Positions 13,558-25,123 of a stretch of 64,000 bases of DNA are shown in pieces. Within the stretch, counting starts at the first letter, position 1, and each line of letters opens with the position of its first letter. Location: the NCBI GenBank assembly GCA_030390025.1, contig CM059432.1, positions 22,880,001 through 22,944,000 on the forward strand, read 5' to 3'. Both the position numbers and the translations under genes were made by a program. Source of the stretch: Squalus acanthias (Eukaryota). The notes beneath the pieces were generated by a model. It was not told the DNA's origin, did not search any database, and saw only the letters and a program-made list of their open reading frames with translations.

Positions 13558-13834
13558 GGTCAGGCGCATCAGGTGGAGGAGTTGAGAAGAGGTAGCTAGC
13601 AACCTCCTCACACTATCGTACATGTAAAGACTTCCTCTTTGGAACTAAAGGAGAATAAGCGGGACTGAGAGCCTTCTGTCCAGTGCTTTTGAACAGCAGC
13701 TAGGATGCCTAAAGCCAACAGCTATTATCAAGTTTGTGATTTGAGAGTCCATTTCCCTCCCCTGATTTTGGGCACACACCCATTCCAAGGCCATGCTAAT
13801 GACCTGAACCCAGAAATACAGGCATGTTGAGGTC

Positions 13835-14592
13835 TGTTAGCGGATTTCCTGTGGTTACGGTCACAACACAGGGTTGTTAGTCCGGCAACAATAACCTTCG
13901 CTTGATTCAGGCCCGAGTGGCTTTAAACAACAAGCTTTAATATACATGGACTAACAATAATTTTTTTACACAACTGTTCCACAGTATTACATTAAATGGC
14001 AAACAATTAATACAACCTGTTTCATTCACAAAGTCTCATTCAAGCTGATCAGATTTGTAACCTTCGTGGATCACCGTTAAGGCGAATGGATTTCCGACTG
14101 TCCCGCTAGCGCTCTAACTTTTAGAGGATAAAGGTCCCATTCTTATACCATTCGGCTACCTTGGGCTGCACCTATGCACAACAATATGTGTAAGTGCATG
14201 TTTGCTGAGCCCACGTATTGATGTGTTTACCCCGCTTAGAATAGAATCATAGAAATTTACAACACAGAAGGAGGCCATTCGGCCCATCTTTCAGCCCGTC
14301 ATCTAATCTTTCGGCCTTCATCTCTGCTCTACAAGCTTTGTTTATTGTACTTTAAATGAGTAGGCCCAGTGGCCTTGCAGGCTTTCATATATAGTGTCTT
14401 CGCAACTGCCCACTTATCTTGGCATGGGCCTGCTCTTGACCTGGGTGTTTATCATTCTCCGTCTTTTTAGTTTCCGAACTGTCTTTGGTCATACAGTTCC
14501 CCCTTCCTCCACATTCGCTCTCTGGCTAAAATGCTAAAGCAAAGCATACTGGGATACTTTGACCATTTAAACCACTTTAAAATATCCTAACA
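13835..14592 (-). mobile_element. Solo LTR, 758 bp including a small CR1 tail insert (about 14237-14290)
   Basis: Termini TGTTAG…CTAACA, 5-bp TSD AGGTC (13830-13834, 14593-14597). Orientation inferred from minus-strand TATAAG and ATTAAA. Confidence 0.8.
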
Positions 14593-14926
14593 AGGTCCAT
14601 TTGGGTGGTTCACACTATGTTGGTAGGGACAAGTAGGATTTTGCTTTGAAACACACTGCTATCCAAGCTAAGTCACCTCAACTGGCAGAGAAGGGAAAAC
14701 TCGAATGCAGAGGCAAGGTCCATCCTCCAAAAGGAAGAAAAGTCAGATCGGAAATTATCCTCTAGTGATCAGGTAGAGTTATATTGGAAAACTCTTGGAG
14801 AAAGTTGTTTGTCTTTCATCTTGGTTAAGGATTGGTGGTGTAATCCAGGAAAGAATCTAAAAAAGAGGGGGAAGAATTATTAGAAAATATAAATGTATCA
14901 CCCCAACATATTATGGTAGTTAAACT

Positions 14927-15549
14927 CTTTTTTGCAGAGGCCAGTGTCGGGAGCGGAGAGAGCAGCAGCACAGTGAGTATTTAAACTCACTTTTCGCGGG
15001 CTTTTTTTGCAGAGGCCAGTGTCGGGAGCGGAGAGAGCAGCAGCACAGTGAGTATTTAAACTCACTTTCGCGGGCTTTTTTTGCAGAGGCCAGTGTCGGG
15101 AGCGGAGAGAGCAGCAGCACAGTGAGTATTTAAACTCACTTTCGCGGGCTTTTTTTTGCAGAGGCCAGTGTCGGGAGCGGAGAGAGCAGCAGCACAGTGA
15201 GTATTTAAACTCACTTTCGCGGGCTTTTTTTGCAGAGGCCAGTGTCGGGAGCGGAGAGAGCAGCAGCACAGTGAGTATTTAAACTCACTTTCGCGGGCTT
15301 TTTTTGCAGAGGCCAGTGTCGGGAGCGGAGAGAGCAGCAGCACAGTGAGTATTTAAACTCACTTTCGCGGGCTTTTTTTTGCAGAGGCCAGTGTCGGGAG
15401 CGGAGAGAGCAGCAGCACAGTGAGTATTTAAACTCACTTTCGCGGGCTTTTTTTTGCAGAGGCCAGTGTCGGGAGCGGAGAGAGCAGCAGCACAGTGAGT
15501 ATTTAAACTCACTTTCGCGGGCTTTTTTTGCAGAGGCCAGTGTCGGGAG
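14927..15549 (+). repeat. About 8.4 tandem 74-75 bp monomers at the 5' end of CR1 family A
   Basis: Unit T(6-8)GCAGAGGCCAGTGTCGGGAGCGGAGAGAGCAGCAGCACAGTGAGTATTTAAACTCACTTTCGCGGGC; copies differ only in T-run length. Confidence 0.97.
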
Positions 15550-16002
15550 AGACGAGACCGGAAGCGGACCAGGTGGGAAGCACCCAGGTGAACAGCATTT
15601 AAGGAGGGTGGTGGCTTAAACCCGAGTTCCTACAGAGTAGGAACCCCCACCCGCCCTCCTCCTCTAACCTACTAGTCTTTTAGCAGTCTAAAAACAGAGG
15701 TCACAAATTTTTTGGTCTCAGTTTCTTTTCAGCAGGGCAGGAACCGGGAGGAGCGGGAAGTCGGCGTAGGACCAAGGGGACACAAGACCGGGAAGTCAGC
15801 GAAAGACCAGGGAGGTAAGACTAACTGGTAAGTACTTTCCTCAAACCTTCCTAGAAAGTAAAACTAAAACTAGTGGGATTTGGTTAGTTTAAAAAGGAAT
15901 AAGAGGAGTACAGTATACATTGGTCTAAGTAAGCTTCGGGAAAACAAAAGTCAATAAATAAACTAAAACTAGAAAATTAAAAAGTAATATAAGGGTTAAG
16001 TC

Positions 16003-16950
16003 ATGGCAGTAGAGCTCGGACCTGTGTCATGCTCCTCCTGTAACATGTGGGAAATCAGGGACGCTTCCTGTGTCCCTGACAACCATGTGTGCGGGAAGTG
16101 TGTCCAGCTGCAGCTCATGTGGGACCGCATGACGGCCCTTGAGCTGCGGATGGACTCACTTTGGAGCATCCACGATTCTGAGAGGGTTGTGGATAACACA
16201 TTTAGTGAGTTGGTCACACCGCAGGTTAAGGCCAGCGTAGATAGTACATGGGTGACCAAAAGGCAGAGCAAGGGCAGGAAGGTAGTGCAGAAATCCCCTG
16301 GGGTTGTCTCCCTTAGCAACAGGTTCACCGCCTTAGGTGCTGTTGTCGGGGGGGATGACTCATCGGGGGAAGGCACCAGCAGCCAGGCTCATGGCACCAT
16401 GACTGGCTCTGTTGCAAAGAAGGGAGGGAAAAAGAGTGGCAGGGCTATAGTAATAGGGGATTCGATTGTAAGGGGAATAGATAGGGGTTTCTGTGGTCGC
16501 GACCGAGACTCCAGGATGGTATGTTGCCTCCCTGGTGCAAGGGTCAAGGATGTCTCGGCGCGGGTGCAGAACATTCTGGAGGGGGAGGGGGAACAGCCAG
16601 TTGTCGTGATACATGTTGGTACCAACGACGTAGCTAAAAAAAGGGAAGAGGTCCTACAAGTAGAATTTAGTGAGTTAGGAGCCAAGCTAAAAAGTAGGAC
16701 CTCGAAGGTAGTAATCTCTGGATTACTACCAGTGCCACGTGCTAGTAAGAGTACAGAGAACAGGATAGTTAGGCTAAATACGTGGCTTGAGCAGTGGTGT
16801 AAGAGGGAGGGTTTTAAATTTTTGAGGCATTGGAACCAGTTTTGTGGTAGGTGTGACCTATACAAAAGGGACGGTCTACACCTGTGCAAAGATGGAACTG
16901 ATGTTCTCGGGGTAATTTTTGATAAAGCAGTTCGGGAGCATTTAAACTAG
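16003..16950 (+). CDS. CR1 ORF1p (zinc finger, coiled coil, SGNH-esterase-like domain), 315 aa, intact
   Basis: CSSC…CGKC, IVIGDSIVRG, CCLPGA, HVGTND, DGLHL motifs. Confidence 0.93.
   Translation: MAVELGPVSCSSCNMWEIRDASCVPDNHVCGKCVQLQLMWDRMTALELRMDSLWSIHDSERVVDNTFSELVTPQVKASVDSTWVTKRQSKGRKVVQKSPGVVSLSNRFTALGAVVGGDDSSGEGTSSQAHGTMTGSVAKKGGKKSGRAIVIGDSIVRGIDRGFCGRDRDSRMVCCLPGARVKDVSARVQNILEGEGEQPVVVIHVGTNDVAKKREEVLQVEFSELGAKLKSRTSKVVISGLLPVPRASKSTENRIVRLNTWLEQWCKREGFKFLRHWNQFCGRCDLYKRDGLHLCKDGTDVLGVIFDKAVREHLN
16941..16950 (+). promoter_or_regulatory. Candidate -1 ribosomal frameshift site T_TTA_AAC followed by TAG
   Basis: X_XXY_YYZ heptamer in ORF1 phase; ORF2 lies in the -1 frame; same motif at 10407-10398 (-) and 39891-39900 (+). 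Confidence 0.7.
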
Positions 16951-19892
16951 TATGGCAGGGGGCTAGAAACCTATGTAGTGAAATAGAGGAAAGTGAAAGG
17001 CAGACAGAAATAAATGGTAAAAGGGTGAGGAACAAAAAACAAAGGGCCAAACCAATTCATAAAAAATGTGAGCATAAAAAAAGCCTGAGGGTTTTATACC
17101 TTAATGCGAGAAGCATCAGGAACAAGGTAGATGAATTAGCTGTGGAAATAGAGGTTAATAATTATGATCTAATTGGGATTACGGAAACATGGTTGCAGGG
17201 TGAGCAGGGCTGGGAGCTTAACATACAGGGGTATTCAGTATTTAGGAAGGATCGACAAAAAAGAAAGGGAGGAGGGGTAGTATTGCTGGTAAAAGAAGGG
17301 ATAAATGCAATTGAAAGGAAGGATATTAACTCAGTTAATACAGAATCTATATGGGTGGAGCTAAGAAATAGCGAGGGGCGAAAAACATTAATAGGAGTGG
17401 TATATAGGCCTCCAAATAGTAAAATAGAGGTTGGGGAGGGCATCACGAGGGAAATTAGAGAAGCGTGCAATAAGAGCACAGCTGTCATCATAGGTGACTT
17501 TAACTTACATATAGATTGGAATAGCCTAATCAGTAAAAATAATGAGGAGGAGGAATTCCTTGAGTGTTTAAGGGATGGTTATCTGGATCAATATGTCGAG
17601 GAACCAACTCGGGAACAGGCTATATTGGACTGGGTACTGTGCAATGAGAAGGGACTAATTAGTAATCTTGTTGTACGGGGACCCTTGGGTCAGAGCGATC
17701 ATAACATGATCGATTTCTCACTCGAAATAGAGAGCGAAGAAATTGACTCAGATACTAAGGTCCTGAATTTAAACAAGGGGAATTATGATGCCATTAGACG
17801 GGAACTGAGTAGGTATGATTGGACAACGTTCCTGGGAGGACTGGAGGTAGATAAACAATGGCAAGCATTTAAAGATAGAATGACAAAATTGCAAAAATTG
17901 TTTATACCAATCTGGCATAAAAGGAAATCTAAAAAGGTGACTCAACCGTGGATAACAGGGGAAATTAGAGACAGCATAAAATCCAAAGATAGGGCGTATA
18001 AAATAGCCAAAAAAAGCGCCAGAGCGGAAGATTGGGAACAGTTTAAGATAGAGCAAAGGAGGACAAAGGGCTTAATCAAGAGGGGCAAAATAGCTTACGA
18101 AAGCAAGCTGGCGGAAAATATAAAAACTAACTCCAAAAGCTTTTATAAGTATATCAAGAGGAAAAGACTGGTGAAAACCAAAGTTGGCCCATTGCAGTCA
18201 GATACGGGGGAATATATAACGGGAAATAAAGAAATGGCAGACCAACTAAATGCATACTTTGGGTCAGTCTTTACGAAGGAAGACACAAAAAACCTCCCTG
18301 GGATATCGGGAAAAATAGGGACATTTGCAAAGGAGGAACTGACGCAAGTCAATATCTCTAAGGATATGGTGTTAAGGAAGCTAAAGGGATTGAAGGCGGA
18401 CAAATCCCCAGGGCCTGATAACATGCATCCTAGGGTGCTGAAGGAGGTGGCCCTAGAGATAGCGGATGCACTAAGTATGATTTTTCAGAATTCATTAGAC
18501 TCGGGAACAGTGCCCATGGATTGGAGGGTAGCTAACGTTACCCCACTATTCAAAAAGGGGGGTAGGGAAAAAGCAGGTAATTACAGACCTGTAAGCCTTA
18601 CATCAGTTGTGGGCAAAATGCTGGAGTCCATCATTAAGGATGAAATAGCGGAGCACTTAGCAAATGGGGACAGGATAGGACAGAGTCAACATGGATTTAC
18701 AAAGGGTAAATCGTGCTTGACTAATCTATTGGAATTTTTTGAGGGAGTAACTGGTAAAATAGATGGGGGAGAGCCAGTAGATGTGGTGTACCTGGACTTC
18801 CAAAAGGCCTTCGATAAGGTCCCACATAAATGATTAGCAGGGAAAATTGAAGCTCATGGGATAAAGGGGAAAGTATTGACGTGGACAGAGAACTGGCTGT
18901 CAGATAGAAAACAGAGAGTTGGAATAAACGGCTCATTTTCTGAATGGCAGGCAGTAACAAGTGGGGTACCACAGGGATCTGTCCTGGGTCCCCAGCTGTT
19001 CACAATTTACATTAATGACCTGGATCAGGGAGTCGGATGCAGCATTTCCAAATTTGCAGACGACACTAAACTAGGAGGGGGGGTGGGCTCAGAGGAGGAG
19101 ACCAGGAAGCTCCAGAGCGATTTGGACAGACTGGGTGATTGGGCGGATAAATGGCAGATGCACTATAATGTGGACAAGTGCGAAGTTATCCACCTTGGGT
19201 GCAGGAACGGGAGGGCAAATTATTATTTAAATGGCAATAAATTGGGAGAGGGGGAAGTACAGAGAGACCTGGGTGTTCTTGTACACCAGTCACTGAAGGC
19301 GAGCATGCAGGTGCAACAGGCGATCAAGAAGGCAAACGGTATGCTGGCCTTCATAGCAAAAGGGTTGGAATACAGGAACAGGGATACCTTGCTGCAGCTG
19401 TACAGGGCACTGGTGAGACCACACCTCGAGTACTGTGTACAGTTTTGGTCGCCTCATCTGAGGAAAGATGTTCTTGCCATAGAGGGGGTGCAGCGGCGAT
19501 TCACCAGGCTGATACCAGGAATGGCGGGATTGACCTATGAGGAGAGACTATGTAGTTTAGGGATGTACACACTGGAGTTTAGAAGATTGAGAGGGGACCT
19601 CATAGAAGTGTATAAAATTCTGACAGGTCTAGACAGACTAGATGCAGAAGGAATGTTTCCCTTGGCGGGTGAGAACAGAACTAGAGGACATAATTTAAGG
19701 ATAAGGGCTAAACCATTTAGGACAGAAATGAGGGGGAATTTCTTCACTCAGAGGGTGGTGAACCTGTGGAACTCATTGCCACAGAGGGCAGTGTACGCCA
19801 GCTCATTAAATATATTTAAGAGGGAATTAGATATATTTCTACAGGCAAAAGGGGTTAAGGGTTACGGAGAGAAGGCGGGGACGGGATACTGA
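16947..19892 (+). pseudogene. CR1 ORF2p (APE endonuclease + reverse transcriptase) with one in-frame TGA at 18831-18833
   Basis: [59 protein letters not shown]. Frame open from 16926; ORFs 17025-18833 and 18876-19892 share a frame. Confidence 0.93.
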
Positions 19893-20105
19893 ATTGGAGG
19901 ATCAGCCATGATCTCATTAAATGGCGGAGCAGGCTCGAAGGGCCGGATGGCCTACTCCTGCTCCTATCTTCTATGTATGTAACCCTTTTCACAGGGAGTG
20001 CAGGTCATAGGATCAGGTTAGTGGTGTATTCCTATTTCTGATCCACACTTCCTTGAGCACAGCTTCTGAGCTGAGGGTGTGGACTTTACCCTTATGGGTG
20101 AAGTG

Positions 20106-20300
20106 AGACTTTGGCGTAATGGTAGCATTGCTGCCTCTGTGTCACGGATCGAATCCCATTCCAGACAGTCCTGACGATTGGAGGCCGGTTCTCTAGCTCT
20201 TAATTCTGGATTGGCATCCAACAGGATGCTCATATCTGGTGGATGGCCCGCCCGTTATGTAGGACGAACCACCCTATCCGCCGGTATAAAGAGGGTTACA
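20106..20300 (+). mobile_element. Degenerate tRNA-derived SINE
   Basis: TGGCGTAATGGTAGC (A box) and GGATCGAATCCC (B box-like). Confidence 0.45.
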
Positions 20301-21053
20301 GCCGTGGATGACGTGTTCACATTGTGGCCGGTCATACTGCTCATGAGCCTGCGAATCCTTCCACTACTTCACACTATTCTCCAAAGGAACAGTGTGAAGA
20401 CACAAAAACAACAGTTAGCCTTGTGGGTAAAAGCAGCAAACTGATGCAGAACTAAGCTATAGAAGCCAGAAGGTTCCATATGTGATCTGTGTTGAGTTAG
20501 CTGCTGTGGGCTATGTATCAGCCTTGGCTTAAGTGGTGCGTTCTGAGCAAGAAGGTCTTGAGTTCAAGTCCCACTCTAGAGACTTGGGCATATTGTTGAA
20601 AAAAATGGTCAAGGTTAATATCCCTGATTGTAATTCAGTGACATTCTATGAAGTGTGCATGCTGAAAAAGCACAGGATCAGGTGAATTTAGATTCATAGC
20701 CACAGTCAAAAAGCTGCTGCCACTCACAGCTCAGGTTTACTTCTGGTTATCTAAATGAGGTGTATTAAGCTTTTGGCACACATGGACCTCTATCCCATAC
20801 TTGAATCAACACCTCCAGGAGGCAGGAAATGAGAGAAAATTAAAATACAAATTAACAATATCAAGGTTTTGGCTTGAGTCTATCAAACGAGCCAGATTCA
20901 GACTCATTGACACTCGTTGTTCCAGTTTAGAACAATGTGGCTCTTGATTCAGATGGTTGTAAATTTAATTCATGCTACAGAGACCTAAGCATGTCATCTA
21001 GGCTGACACTCCAATACAATACTGAGTGAGTATTGCACTGCACCAGACGTGCT

Positions 21054-21172
21054 GGGGTGAAATTGGTCTTGGGCAGTAGCACAAAATGGAAAGGAAAATC
21101 AGGTGGGGTGTAAAACGGGCTGCCAATTCGTTATTGTCCAACTTAGCGCTGCCCCCAAGACCAATTTTACCC
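21054..21172. mobile_element. Small MITE-like inverted repeat
   Basis: GGGGTGAAATTGGTCTTGGGCAG versus CTGCCCCCAAGACCAATTTTACCC. Confidence 0.6.
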
Positions 21173-22265
21173 ACGCTGTTCTTTAAATGAAGTGTTAAAT
21201 TGGGGCCATTGTGTTTCAGCTGGATGTTAAACATTTCAGGACACTATTTCAAGAAGGTCAGGAAGTTTCAGTCCTGGTCAGAATTCCTTCTAGAACTGAC
21301 AGCACCAAAAGTAGATCCACCTCATTGGGATCGTGCTGCGTGCAGAATGGCTGGCATAATTATTGTCACAGCAGAAAGTCACAACTTCAAAGTAATTCAT
21401 TGTTTGTGTGGCATTGTGAGAGGTATGATAAGGGACAACATAAATTGCTTATTTCCATGTTCATCCTTTCTTTAAATACGGTACTGGAGGAACCAATACC
21501 TGACCACTTGATTGACCAAATAAAGGAAGACGTGAACAGATAAGAAAAGGGAAAGCAAATGTTAATTGAAAATTCTAAAAGATTGTCAGGTCGAAGAATT
21601 TTTACTCTTTTAATTATAATTCCAGTTACAGTTTGGTATAATTGCTTTGAAATTATAATAAAGAAGGACAGAAAGCATTCCATCCTGTGTCAGTTCTGCA
21701 TCGGTGCCAAATCATACGGTGGCCAGTGATGAGAGATCAACAATCAGAGCATGAACTGGGAACTTAAATCAGCCTCAGCTTTAATGGGCTGCAAAGTACA
21801 GTATTTACTTAACAACTGAGGCATTTCTGTGGGATTTTCTGCCTGACCATTGGTGAGACTCCAGTGACCCCTTTTTATGAGAAAAGATAGAGGCTTTGTA
21901 AATACTTAATTTATGTTGATTGCTTAGGAGCCAGGCTATTTAAAAAATGAACAGTGCAATGCTTCAGTGCCAGTGCTTTCTCTGCGGCATTAATTTAACC
22001 CAGGATTCGAAGATAGTGTTTGGGCACCACCTACAGGACACTGTGTTGATAACAGGAACAAAATTAATGTTGCAATACTGCGTTTAGAAGAAGGACCAGG
22101 CAACATGTTTCTTCAGTAAATATAAACAAAAAATGCTGGAACTACTCAGCCAGTCAGATAGCATCTGTGGAGAGAGAAAAAGCGTTAACGTTTCAGGTTG
22201 GTAACCTTTTGTCAGAACTGGAAAACAATTTCCAATTGTGACGAAAGGTCACCGAAATTAATTCT

Positions 22266-23045
22266 TGGGGGTAATTTTAAGCCCCCAAAAAGGGGTGGGT
22301 TTGGGTCGGGTGGGAAGTAAAAATGCAAATAATCTCAATCCCCACCCAAACCCACCACCAACCCGCCCACTTCCAGTTTTAATGGAGGCAGGACTGGGGA
22401 TGGGTGACCAACCTGCTCCCAGGAGGCGGGTCGACCATTTAAATATTATAATGAGACTGCGTGCCTCAGATTTTTATCTCTGTTCCAGCTTTAATGCTTG
22501 TCAGCCGGGTTTCCCGGGCCTCAGGAAACCCGGCAGCTTAAAGGGAGGCGAGGGCTGCTGCATGAAACAGGTAAGTGCTTTTCCAGCACTGTTTGTGGGC
22601 TATGAGGAGCAGGAGTGCTCCCCCCCGGCTCCCCAAGCAAATCTGTGAACCTCCCCTGTGAGTGAAACCCCCTCCCCTGCCCCCCCAGCGATCAGATGCC
22701 CTCCCGATGTCCTCCATGGCCAGTGATCTCCTCCCGCCTGACCCCCCTCCCCCCCATGTTAGCCACGGGCCCCCTGCGATCTTCTCCCCTCCTCCCCAGA
22801 TCTCTCTGGCCCCTTCCATGATCTTCTCCCTTCCTCCTCCAATCTCACTGGCCCCCCGCGATCTTCTCCCCTCCTCCCTCAATTTACCCACCCAACAGCC
22901 TCTCAATCTGGCTGGTTGCAGCCGGGAAATGGAGTCAAATAATGGTAATCAGGGCCTGCCTTAAATTCGGCAGGACTTAAAGGCCCTGACCGCAAAATTG
23001 CCCCTCTCCCCCGCTCCTCCCCACCTCCCCGTTAATATTGGGGCT
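22266..23045. mobile_element. Non-autonomous DNA transposon (Harbinger-like MITE, degenerate TIRs)
   Basis: Starts GGGGGTAATTTTAAG, ends …GTTAATATTGGGGC; GC-rich and interrupts the mini-element. Confidence 0.55.
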
Positions 23046-23059
23046 GTTAACTCTGTTAC

Positions 23060-25003
23060 ATGTGGTGTATTTGGACTTTCAGAAGGCTTTCGAAAAGGTT
23101 CCGCATAAGAGATTAGCGTGCAAAGTTAAAGCACATGGGATTGGGAGTAAGGTACTGATTTGGATAGAGAACTGGTTGGCAGACAGGAAGCAAAGAGTTG
23201 GAATAAACGGGTCTTTTTCCGAGTGGCACGCAGTGACTAGTGGGGTACTGCAGGGATCGGTGCTAGGACCCCAGTTATTCACAATATATATTAATGACCT
23301 AGACAAGGGAACTAGATGTAATATCTCCAAGTTTGCAGACGACACAAAGCTGGGTGGGCGTGTGTGCTGTGAGGAGGATGCTGAGAAACTCCAGTATGAT
23401 TTGGACAGGTTGGGTGATTGGGCAGATGCATGGCAGATGCAGTATAATGTGGATAAATGCGAGGTTATCCACTTTGGTGGCAAAAACAGGAAGGCAGATT
23501 ATTGGGCCAGAAATTCGGCTGTTGTAAGGCCACCTGAAGTGCCGGTTTCCTGCATGCACTGCGCATGCGCGGGAAACCGGAACTTCCGTTCCCCTGAAGG
23601 GAGGGGTTCAGAAGTCGAACGCGTGCGCGGGAGAGGCAGCGCGCACGCAGCGAACTTCAGGTTTTTTTTCAGGTTTCTCCGGGAAGGTAAGTATGGAGAA
23701 GCTGCACATTTAAAAAGGAGGCACAAGGCCTGTTTTTAACAAGGTAAGTGGTTAATTAATTACAATTTAAAAAAAATTTCAACAGGTTTATCTTTTTTAG
23801 ATACTTTAAAGAAAGGTAAGTTTATTTTTAGCACCGTTAAAAAGTATAATTAATTTTTTCAAAAATTTAAATTTTTGTTTAAAGTAGTTAATTTATTTAA
23901 CTTATAGTTATTTTAAAAATGTGATGTTTTTTTTTAAATTTATTTGAAGTTTAAGTGTGGTTTTGGGGCCGATCTCTATTCATAGATTTGACAGGTCTTC
24001 CTGTCAAATCTATGAATGAAAATGCCCTGCTAGGATTGGCTCTCCATGGCCCACGTGATCCCAGGGGACGCTTCGAACTAACTGCGCCCCTGGGATACAC
24101 AAGCACTGTGCGCCGGCAGCTGCAGGAGGCCCAGGACCTGAAGTACTAATGTGCCCAAAGCACAACTGCAGGCGCGGTAGGCAAGTACGCGCGTGATGCT
24201 TGCACCCGCAGGAAGCCGGAAAGCCGAATTTCTGGCCCATTATCTGAATGGCAATAGATTGGGAGACAGGGAAGTGCAACGAGACCTGGGTGTCCTTGTG
24301 CACCAGTCGCTGAAGGCAAGCATGCAGGTGCAGCAGGCGGTTAAGAAGGCAAATGGTATGTTGGCCTTCATAGCGAGAGGATTCGAGTACAGGAGCAAGG
24401 ATGTCTTGCTGCAGTTGTACAGGGCCTTAGTGAGACCACACCTTGATTATTGTGTGCAGTTTTGGTCGCCTTATCTGAGGAAGGATGTTCTTGCCATGGT
24501 GGGAGTGCAGCGACGATTCACCAGACTGATACCTGGGGTGGCAGGAATGACGTATGAGGAGAGATTGGGTCGATTGGGCTTATATTCACTGGAGTTTAGA
24601 AGAATGAGAGGGAATTTCATTGAAACTTATAAAATTCTAACAGGACTAGACAGACTAGATGCAGGAAGGATGTTCCTGATGGCGGGGGAGTCCAGAACCA
24701 GGGGTCACAGTCTAAGGATAAGGGGTAAGCCATTTAGGACTGAGATGAGGAGGAATTTCTTCACCCAGAGAGTGGTGAACCTGTGGAATTCTCTACCACA
24801 GAAGGCAGTTGAGACCAATTCATTAAATATATTCAAGAAGGAGTTAGATATATTTCTTAAGGCTAAAGGGATCAAGGGATATGGGGAGAAAGCAGGGACA
24901 GGGTACTGAATTTGGATGATCAGCCATTATCTCATTAAATGGTGGAGCAGACTCGAGGGGCCGAATGGCCTACTCCTGCTCCTATCTTCTATGTTTCTAT
25001 GTT
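23060..25003 (+). mobile_element. CR1 family C, 5'-truncated, interrupted by a MITE
   Basis: RT motifs in ORFs 23038-23739 and 24193-24909; (TTTCTATG)n tail; near-identical to 11254-12759. Confidence 0.93.
23504..24238. mobile_element. Harbinger-like MITE, 735 bp
   Basis: TIR GGGCCAGAAATTCGGCT / AGCCGAATTTCTGGCCC; 3-bp TSD ATT; removal restores CR1 GATTATTATCTG. Confidence 0.92.
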
Positions 25004-25123
25004 TCTCTCTCCACAGCTGCTACTTGACTTGCTGAGTATTTCCAGCATTTCCTGTTTATATTTCAGATTTCCAGCATCCGCAGTATTTTGCCTTTCTTCA
25101 GTAAATGTTTAGTGATTAACATT

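Larger units (their letters stand above)
14927..19980 (+). mobile_element. Full-length, nearly intact CR1 LINE (family A)
   Basis: 5' UTR, ORF1, ORF2 and 3' UTR with GATCAGCCATGATC hairpin and TATG-type tail. Confidence 0.95.
22122..25092. mobile_element. Penelope-type inverted-repeat mini-element, split by nested MITE and CR1 insertions
   Basis: Left arm 22122-22256, right arm about 25003-25092; 14-bp TSD TTTCTTCAGTAAAT (22108-22121, 25093-25106); homologous to 45316-45510. Confidence 0.8.

Noticed and set aside
12969..13595. 208-aa repetitive ORF, and the ORFs at 14898-15512
   Set aside because: Translations of the tandem monomers, antisense to the CR1 elements; no coding signature.
14927..15549. 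CRISPR-like array with palindromic repeats
   Set aside because: Units are identical end to end with no unique spacers, no cas genes are present, and the array is contiguous with a CR1 5' UTR.
18831..18833. Recoded TGA in CR1 ORF2
   Set aside because: Other CR1 copies here have Arg at this position (HKRL), so this is a copy-specific nonsense mutation or sequence error.
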